From contig CP013062.1 of NCBI GenBank assembly GCA_001430755.1, forward strand, positions 270,001 through 302,000: 32,000 nt of DNA, given 5' to 3'. The translations under genes were made by a program, and so were the position numbers. This document shows positions 8,501 through 13,779 of the stretch, piece after piece. Under the pieces are notes generated by a model that saw only the letters and a program-made list of their open reading frames with translations, did not search any database and was not told where the DNA came from. Every line of letters starts with the position of its first letter. Position 1 is the stretch's first letter. The stretch is from Candidatus Peribacter riflensis. Lineage in GTDB: Bacteria; Patescibacteriota; Gracilibacteria; Peribacterales; Peribacteraceae.

Positions 8501-8928
8501 AAGAGATTCCGATGGTCAAGAGTCTTATGGATTACCTGGGGAGATGGCTCGCACTCAAGTTCCTCTCCAAGGACAGCGCGATGCGCTTTCATAACCACGA
8601 GCTGGTGGAACAGGCGTACCGCGAGGGGAGCAAGAGCAAAGACGCCTTTGCCATGAGCTTGCCGATCGTGGACGAAGGCGCACCCGCCCGTACCGATCCA
8701 CAACACGGATCGGGCGGGCAGGCGGTTGGATTCGCCAGCGTGTCGCACACCGCTCTGGAAGAAGAGGATCTCTCACGGTTCACTCCTCCCGTATCCTCCC
8801 ACATCGAGACCGCCCGCCAGCAGGGATTCACCGGTTCCGTCTGTTCCGGCTGCGGCGGAGTCCGTGTGAAACGTAATGGCAGCTGTGAGGTCTGCCTGGA
8901 TTGTGGAGCCACATCTGGCTGCAGCTAA
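5527..8928 (+). CDS. nrdJ: Class II (adenosylcobalamin-dependent) ribonucleotide reductase, long form with C-terminal Cys-rich tail
   Basis: The 1133-aa product carries [44 protein letters not shown] and [32 protein letters not shown], typical of NrdJ. The C-terminus is CSGCGG...CEVCLDCG. Confidence 0.93.
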   Translation: [1133 protein letters not shown]

Positions 8929-8973
8929 TCCGCCCTGCTGCATACTTCATCCTCATCCCTGTATACTCTCCGC

Positions 8974-9417
8974 ATGCCCGACTCCTGGCTCGACCGTCTT
9001 CCATCACAGGAACGTCAGCGCATCCGCGAACGGCTCCGGAGCCCGGCGGAGTATGAGAAATTGCGCGAGAAGGTGAAGGGCCCCGAAGATCTGGAACGTG
9101 AAATGGAGAGAAGCGCGCTTCTGGCGGAACTCCGGTTCGCCATGGAATCAGAGCCGAAACTCGCCGAAGCACTCCGTGCGCAGGTGCAAGAGGATGTGCA
9201 GCAGCACGGCCTCGATTCCGTGTTGCAGACTCTTCGCCTTTCTGAGGATCTCAAAGGTGCGCTGGAAAAAGGGGATTTCACGCTCTCTGTCCAGCCCGAT
9301 GCTTTGACCCATGTCGACCAGCTCGTTCTTGTTCCCGAAGGAAAAATCGCCGAAGCACTGCCGGTTTCTCAGAAATTCAGCGAGCAGTATCTGGGGCAGT
9401 TCAAGAAGGCAGCCTAG
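8974..9417 (+). CDS. Hypothetical charged, probably helical protein (147 aa)
   Basis: Clean ORF with no family recognised. It is rich in E/R/L (ERQRIRERLRSPAEYEKLREKVKGPEDLEREMER). Confidence 0.55.
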   Translation: MPDSWLDRLPSQERQRIRERLRSPAEYEKLREKVKGPEDLEREMERSALLAELRFAMESEPKLAEALRAQVQEDVQQHGLDSVLQTLRLSEDLKGALEKGDFTLSVQPDALTHVDQLVLVPEGKIAEALPVSQKFSEQYLGQFKKAA

Positions 9418-9576
9418 AGACTACATCGCGACGAACAAAAGGCCGAAAGCGCAGAGCATCCAAAACCAACGCATGAGGCTGCGCAGCCTACGACCTCTGT
9501 GGTAAGTTTTTCAAGAGCAAATCAAAAAGAGCCCTTGCTGAAGCCATCGAAGTTGAACAAAATATTACTTCAGAAA

Positions 9577-9879
9577 TCAGGGGTGGAGTGCGCTGAGTTT
9601 GGCTTGGTCATCATCCGGAGCGCACTTGTTCGTGATCGATTTTCCGCACACCGTGCACCGGTGGACGATCATCCAGCCCTTCGGGCCGCGAAAGTCCACG
9701 CCGACGGGTTCCATGAGCCCGCCACAACTCGATGCGCGATCCCCCGGGCCGCGGTCATCCACGTGCTTGCTCCAGAGACAGCGGGGGCAATGGTTGCGGC
9801 AGCTCCCGTGCTCCAATGGGTCCACCTTCGCCCCGCAGTGCTCACAGGTGAACGGTTCCTGACGGGAGATGAAAGGCAT
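9577..9879 (-). CDS. RNHCP-domain zinc-ribbon-like protein (100 aa)
   Basis: It contains the literal family signature CRNHCPRCLWSKHVD plus CEHCG and CTVCG pairs. Its ATG overlaps the ychF stop codon (TGATG at 9881-9877). Confidence 0.8.
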   Translation of the reverse strand: MPFISRQEPFTCEHCGAKVDPLEHGSCRNHCPRCLWSKHVDDRGPGDRASSCGGLMEPVGVDFRGPKGWMIVHRCTVCGKSITNKCAPDDDQAKLSALHP

Positions 9880-10973
9880 CAGGTGCTAAAGCGAAAATGC
9901 ATCACGTCGCCGTCCTGCACCACGTAATCTTTTCCTTCCGCGCGCATCTTGCCGGCTTCTTTGGCTTTCAGTTCGCCCCCGAGCGTCACGTAATCCTCAT
10001 AGGCGATGGTCTCGGCGCGGATGAACCCCTTCTCGAAATCCGTGTGGATCACGCCGGCGGCCTGCGGGGCGAACGCGCCTTTCGGGATGGTCCATGCTCG
10101 CACCTCTTGCGGCCCCGCCGTGAAGAAGGTCTGGTAGCCGAGGGCCGCGTAGGCGGCAGTGATGAGCTGGTCTAATCCCGACGAGGTGACGGCGAGGTCC
10201 TTCAAGAATTCCTCTGCCTCCCCGGGCGAGAGATCCTGCAGGTCCTCTTCGATCTTGGCTGAAATGATGATGACCTGAGCGGTCTCGGGCAGACCCAAAA
10301 GCTCGCGCACGTGATGCGCACTCATCTGGTGCAGCTCACGCTCGCCCACGTTCACCGCGTAGATCACCGGTTTCATCGTGAGCAGGTGAAAATTCCACGC
10401 GAAGAAGCGTTCCTCCGGCGAGAGGGGAACCGCCGATGCCAGCTGCCCCGCCTTCAGTGCCGCGAGGAGCTTTTCGATGAGCAGCTGTTCGCGCTGCTTC
10501 TCTTTGTCCCCCGTCCGTGCGGCTGCGCGCACTTTTTCGACGCGGCGCTCCAGCACATCCAGGTCTGCGAGAATGAGCTCTGTCTCCACCGTTTCGCGGT
10601 CGCGCTTGCCGTCCACCGATCCCTCCACGTGGATGATGTCGCCGCCCTGAAACAGGCGCACCACCTCGCAGATGGCGTCGGCCTCGCGGATGGCGGCGAG
10701 AAACTGGTTGCCCAGTCCTTCCCCCTTACTCGCACCGCGTACGAGTCCGGCGATGTCGACGAACTCGATGGCAGCGGGAATAATCTTTTCAGGTTTCACG
10801 AGCTCGGTGAGCTTCGTAATCCTTGCGTCGGGTACTTCCACCACTCCTACGTTCGGCTCGATGGTGCAGAAGGGGTAGTTTGCCGCCTGTGCCCCGCGGG
10901 TATGCGTGAGTGCGTTGAAGAGGGTGGATTTGCCCACATTCGGCAGCCCGACAATGCCTATATGCAGAGCCAT
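9879..10973 (-). CDS. ychF: Ribosome-binding ATPase YchF (Obg-like GTPase family)
   Basis: MALHIGIVGLPNVGKSTLFNALT...NYPFCTIEPNVG...DIAGLVRGASKGEGLGNQFL and the C-terminal GKDYVVQDGDVMHFRF are present. The start was chosen at MALHIG (10973) to give a typical ~364-aa length. Confidence 0.93.
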   Translation of the reverse strand: MALHIGIVGLPNVGKSTLFNALTHTRGAQAANYPFCTIEPNVGVVEVPDARITKLTELVKPEKIIPAAIEFVDIAGLVRGASKGEGLGNQFLAAIREADAICEVVRLFQGGDIIHVEGSVDGKRDRETVETELILADLDVLERRVEKVRAAARTGDKEKQREQLLIEKLLAALKAGQLASAVPLSPEERFFAWNFHLLTMKPVIYAVNVGERELHQMSAHHVRELLGLPETAQVIIISAKIEEDLQDLSPGEAEEFLKDLAVTSSGLDQLITAAYAALGYQTFFTAGPQEVRAWTIPKGAFAPQAAGVIHTDFEKGFIRAETIAYEDYVTLGGELKAKEAGKMRAEGKDYVVQDGDVMHFRFST

Positions 10974-11061
10974 AAGAATAGTGAGTGATGAAGTGCCATA
11001 GAACGCTGGATTATTGAGGTTCCTGAGGCTTTTGTCCAAGGATGCGATCCCCGGTTGTGCA

Positions 11062-11089
11062 TTGACAAATTATTCAAAATACATATCAT
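11062..11089 (+). promoter_or_regulatory. Sigma70-like promoter TTGACA-N16-TATCAT
   Basis: TTGACA lies at 11062-11067 and TATCAT at 11084-11089. It ends ~15 nt before the ATG at 11105, which implies a very short leader. Confidence 0.4.
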
Positions 11090-11104
11090 AGTTCACTACA
11101 CTCT

Positions 11105-12310
11105 ATGCCCTTCAGGCGTTTCCTCTCCGGCGTGCTCGTGTGTCTTGCGTTTGCCGTTCCGGTTGCGGGCAGCGCGGCCTCCTTTCCTGATACTGAGGGA
11201 ACGGTCTACGAAACATCGTTCGGGGAACTGAAGGCGCTGGGCGTGATTCGGGGGTACCCCGACGGGCTGGCGCGGCCCGGGATGCCGCTCAATCGTGCCG
11301 AGGCGCTGAAAGCGCTCGCGTACATCGATGCATCCATGAAGGAGCGTGTCGCGTGGTATCAGGGGCACCTGCCGGCCATGCCGCTCTTCTGGGATGTAGA
11401 CCAGTCGCAGTGGTACGCGCCGTACGTGGAGGCTGCGTTTGAGAAATCGCTCATCACGGGGTATCCGGATGGCTCGCTCCGGCCGGGACAGCTCTTGGGG
11501 GTCGAGGAGGCGGTGATGCTCCTTATGCGCACGATGGGTGAAGGGAACGGCGCAATGAATGTCCCTGCGGAACTCTCGCCCTACGTCGAGAATCAGAGCA
11601 ATCAGTGGTACACCGCGGCGATCAACGCCGCCATCCGGCGGAATCTCATCATGCATTATGGAAGATTGCGTCTGGGCACGACGATCACCCGTGGGCAATT
11701 CTTCGATATGGCCTTTCGCCTCTCGGTGGTGCGTACGACCAATGTGGCCGCGTTCTCGGGTGCGGAGCCCCAGGTGGCTGCCGCGGTGATGCCTGCTCCG
11801 GTGACCTACGTGCCTGCTCCGGCCGCTGTACGGACAGCAGTCACTGCGGCCCCCTATTCTTCTGAGAAGTACTTTGCCATCTCTGTGCCGGCGATCAGCC
11901 TGAGCGATCTCACGATCACGCACCCGCAGGATCCGTTCTCGAAAAACGGCATCTTAGAACCCCTCAAGTTGGGGGTAGGGCACCTCTTCGGGTACCCGGG
12001 CACGGGAGGCAAGATCATGGTCTACGGCCATTCGAGCGGCTACCCGTGGGATCTGTCGCAGTTCACCAAGATTTTCCGCCAGATCAATCGCCTGAACCCC
12101 GGCGATCGCGTGTACGTGACCTACGCCGGATCTCTCTACACGTACGAGGTGACACACAAGCAGGCGGTGGATGCGGCCGATACCACCCCCTTCAACGACA
12201 ACGGCAACGGCGAGGAGCTGATTCTGTACACGTGCTGGCCGCCCGATTCCATTTCACAGCGCTACCTCGTCCACGCGTTGCCCGTCGGGGCTGCGGTGGC
12301 GGTCCGGTAA
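11105..12310 (+). CDS. Secreted SLH-domain (x3) - sortase fusion protein
   Basis: N-terminal signal peptide (LVCLAFAVPVAGSAAS). There are three SLH-like repeats (FPDTEG...LGVIRGYPDG...LNRAEALKAL; FWDVDQSQWY...ITGYPDGSLRP; WYTAAINAAI...TITRGQFFDMAFRL). The C-terminal sortase core has His (MVYGHSSG), Cys (LILYTCWPP) and Arg (SQRYLVHA). Confidence 0.85.
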   Translation: MPFRRFLSGVLVCLAFAVPVAGSAASFPDTEGTVYETSFGELKALGVIRGYPDGLARPGMPLNRAEALKALAYIDASMKERVAWYQGHLPAMPLFWDVDQSQWYAPYVEAAFEKSLITGYPDGSLRPGQLLGVEEAVMLLMRTMGEGNGAMNVPAELSPYVENQSNQWYTAAINAAIRRNLIMHYGRLRLGTTITRGQFFDMAFRLSVVRTTNVAAFSGAEPQVAAAVMPAPVTYVPAPAAVRTAVTAAPYSSEKYFAISVPAISLSDLTITHPQDPFSKNGILEPLKLGVGHLFGYPGTGGKIMVYGHSSGYPWDLSQFTKIFRQINRLNPGDRVYVTYAGSLYTYEVTHKQAVDAADTTPFNDNGNGEELILYTCWPPDSISQRYLVHALPVGAAVAVR

Positions 12311-12314
12311 TAGG

Positions 12315-12662
12315 ATGGAACCGGAAAATCCCATTGCGGCGTACAACGATTTTCTGTGCGCAACATTAGAGAAGGAAACGGAGGCTCGTGTTCTGCTGGG
12401 TACACTTCGTCCGGACGAACATGTCTCCGAAGAGGAAGTATTTCAAGTTTCGCAGGTTCTTGCCATTACGGAGTGGACTTCTGAGGGGTTTCCATTGGTT
12501 CTTGGGGAGGCGAAGCAGAGACACGATTTGCGCGGTATTGTGGATGATCTCGCGATAAGTGGTCTTTGTTTGTGTGGTGAATCTCGTTCAACGTTGGTGG
12601 AACGCATTGATGCAATCGTCAAGCAGTTCAATGTCGTGTGTGCTCGCGCGAAGGAAAAATGA
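12315..12662 (+). CDS. Hypothetical protein (115 aa), lower-GC ORF, starts 4 nt after the sortase stop
   Basis: Clean ORF with no signal peptide and no recognised motif. It is probably co-transcribed with the SLH-sortase gene. Confidence 0.5.
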   Translation: MEPENPIAAYNDFLCATLEKETEARVLLGTLRPDEHVSEEEVFQVSQVLAITEWTSEGFPLVLGEAKQRHDLRGIVDDLAISGLCLCGESRSTLVERIDAIVKQFNVVCARAKEK

Positions 12663-12698
12663 ATGGGATACGTTGCATATTCAAATAATCTGTCGCGA

Positions 12699-12730
12699 AG
12701 TGCTGGGTGCCGAAGGTGGGTCCCAGCACT
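12699..12730. repeat. Inverted repeat / hairpin
   Basis: AGTGCTGGG (12699-12707) pairs with CCCAGCACT (12722-12730). The loop can pair further (TGCC GAA GGTG). Confidence 0.5.
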
Positions 12731-12758
12731 GGAGCGACACAATTTAGGGAAAAGAGAG

Positions 12759-12795
12759 TTCATGAGAGAAAAACCGCAGGTTTGTCTCTCATGAA
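12759..12795. repeat. Long near-perfect hairpin (about 17 bp, 3-nt loop)
   Basis: TTCATGAGAGA-A-AAACC GCA GGTTT-G-TCTCTCATGAA. There is a single internal A/G mismatch. Confidence 0.6.
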
Positions 12796-12827
12796 AAAAA
12801 GAGCGGGTACTGCTACCCGCCTTTTTG
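12794..12827. terminator. Bidirectional intrinsic terminator between convergent genes
   Basis: AAAAAAA (12794-12800), then GCGGGTA (12803-12809), CTGC, TACCCGC (12814-12820), then CTTTTT. A U tract is available on both strands. Confidence 0.65.
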
Positions 12828-12845
12828 AGAAAGCTCTGGAAGGGA

Positions 12846-13220
12846 TTACTCCTCTCCGGCTGCTTCCTGCAGGATTGCGTTGGCCGCGTTCACGAGGCAC
12901 TGAGAGCGCCGCACGGGGCTCTGGCCTTCACAGTAGCGGAGCCTCTCGAGGGCCGCGCCGCGCAGGCCGGTGGCCGGCGCCTTCTCGGTGCGCGTTTCGT
13001 CATTGCTCCACTCGAGGCGGCGGGCACCTACGATGCCGTCATCCCGGTTCAGTCCCTGCATATCCAGCTCGCGGTTGTATCGCTGGCTGCGGTAGTTGTA
13101 ATCCGTGCGCGCGATGAGCAAGTCGGCTGTGAGTTCGGCGTAGTGCACGACTCCAGCACCCATCAGGACACCGACGAGGAGGCCGGTGAGCGCTGCGACG
13201 CGGATGTGGCGGTTTGCCAT
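12846..13220 (-). CDS. Small N-terminally membrane-anchored protein with C-terminal C-x10-C loop (paralog A, 124 aa)
   Basis: MANRHIRVAALTGLLVGVLMGAGVVHYAE forms the TM anchor, and YCEGQSPVRRSQC lies near the acidic C-terminus. The start was chosen at 13220, after the pyrimidine tract CTTCCTTCCCTTCCT. Confidence 0.6.
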   Translation of the reverse strand: MANRHIRVAALTGLLVGVLMGAGVVHYAELTADLLIARTDYNYRSQRYNRELDMQGLNRDDGIVGARRLEWSNDETRTEKAPATGLRGAALERLRYCEGQSPVRRSQCLVNAANAILQEAAGEE

Positions 13221-13262
13221 AGGAAGGGAAGGAAGAAAATGGAAGTAAAACAAGGAAGACGG

Positions 13263-13637
13263 TTATCGGTTTGTTTCGTTGGTAAGATCCTCACCGGAAT
13301 TACAGGCCGCGCGCCGGCGGGCATTGCCGGTCTGTGCGCAATCATCGCTGACCGGTTCCACGACCGTGGGGGCGCCGTGCAGGACCGGATCCGTTTCCGC
13401 GCTCTTCACGACGGGGCAGGGGCGCTCCTTGGAGGTGCCCCAGAAGAGGTTCTGCACAATGCTGCGCGGATTGATGCAGGTGCGTACCTGCTTCTTGATC
13501 GTGAGGTTCTTCGCGGCATTCGGGTCAACACCGCCGTAGGCCATGACTTGCGCATACTGCATGGTGCCGATACCGGCGAGTGCACCGACGAGTACACTCA
13601 GGAGGCTCACCACCACGAGGTTTCTGCTGTACACCAT
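13263..13637 (-). CDS. Small N-terminally membrane-anchored protein with C-terminal C-x11-C loop (paralog B, 124 aa)
   Basis: MVYSRNLVVVSLLSVLVGALAGIGTMQYAQ forms the TM anchor. The Cys pairs are TC-x19-CP and DCAQTGNARRRAAC. The anchor shares LVGxLxGxGxxxYAxxxA with paralog A. Confidence 0.6.
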   Translation of the reverse strand: MVYSRNLVVVSLLSVLVGALAGIGTMQYAQVMAYGGVDPNAAKNLTIKKQVRTCINPRSIVQNLFWGTSKERPCPVVKSAETDPVLHGAPTVVEPVSDDCAQTGNARRRAACNSGEDLTNETNR

Positions 13638-13677
13638 AGGGAAGGGGGGAAAGATGTGGATGTTGGGTGACGCGAAT

Positions 13678-13705
13678 ATTATAACACAATTCGAATATTT
13701 CTCAA
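13678..13705 (-). promoter_or_regulatory. Promoter TTGAGA-N16-(TGT)TATAAT on the minus strand
   Basis: Read on the minus strand: TTGAGA (13705-13700), a 16-nt spacer, and the extended -10 TGTTATAAT (13686-13678). It lies in an AT-rich island ~40 nt upstream of the 13637 start. Confidence 0.55.
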
Positions 13706-13779
13706 AATAGCGTAAAAAGACAAATAGATTCAAATAATCGATGATTATGACGAACAATGTGCGGGGAAGAATGCGATCT

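Noticed and set aside
5638-8748. Long antisense ORFs opposite nrdJ (337 aa at 5638-6651 and 698 aa at 6652-8748), plus several same-strand off-frame ORFs
   Set aside because: Their translations are Arg/Ala/Gly/Pro-rich with no motifs. They fully overlap a gene with unmistakable NrdJ motifs. They are shadow ORFs typical of high-GC DNA.
5527-8928. Intein or other insertion to explain the 1133-aa length of NrdJ
   Set aside because: No intein block motifs were seen (Cys/Ser after a break, a HNC/HNS end). Conserved RNR segments follow each other at ordinary spacing. The long form with N-terminal region and C-terminal Cys-rich tail is a normal NrdJ architecture.
9418-9576. Possible tRNA or small RNA in the low-GC gap between the 147-aa ORF and the RNHCP gene; other intergenic regions were also scanned for tRNA
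   Set aside because: No T-loop (GTTCGAATC-like) or cloverleaf arrangement was found anywhere in the window. Only weak 5-7-bp stems occur here.
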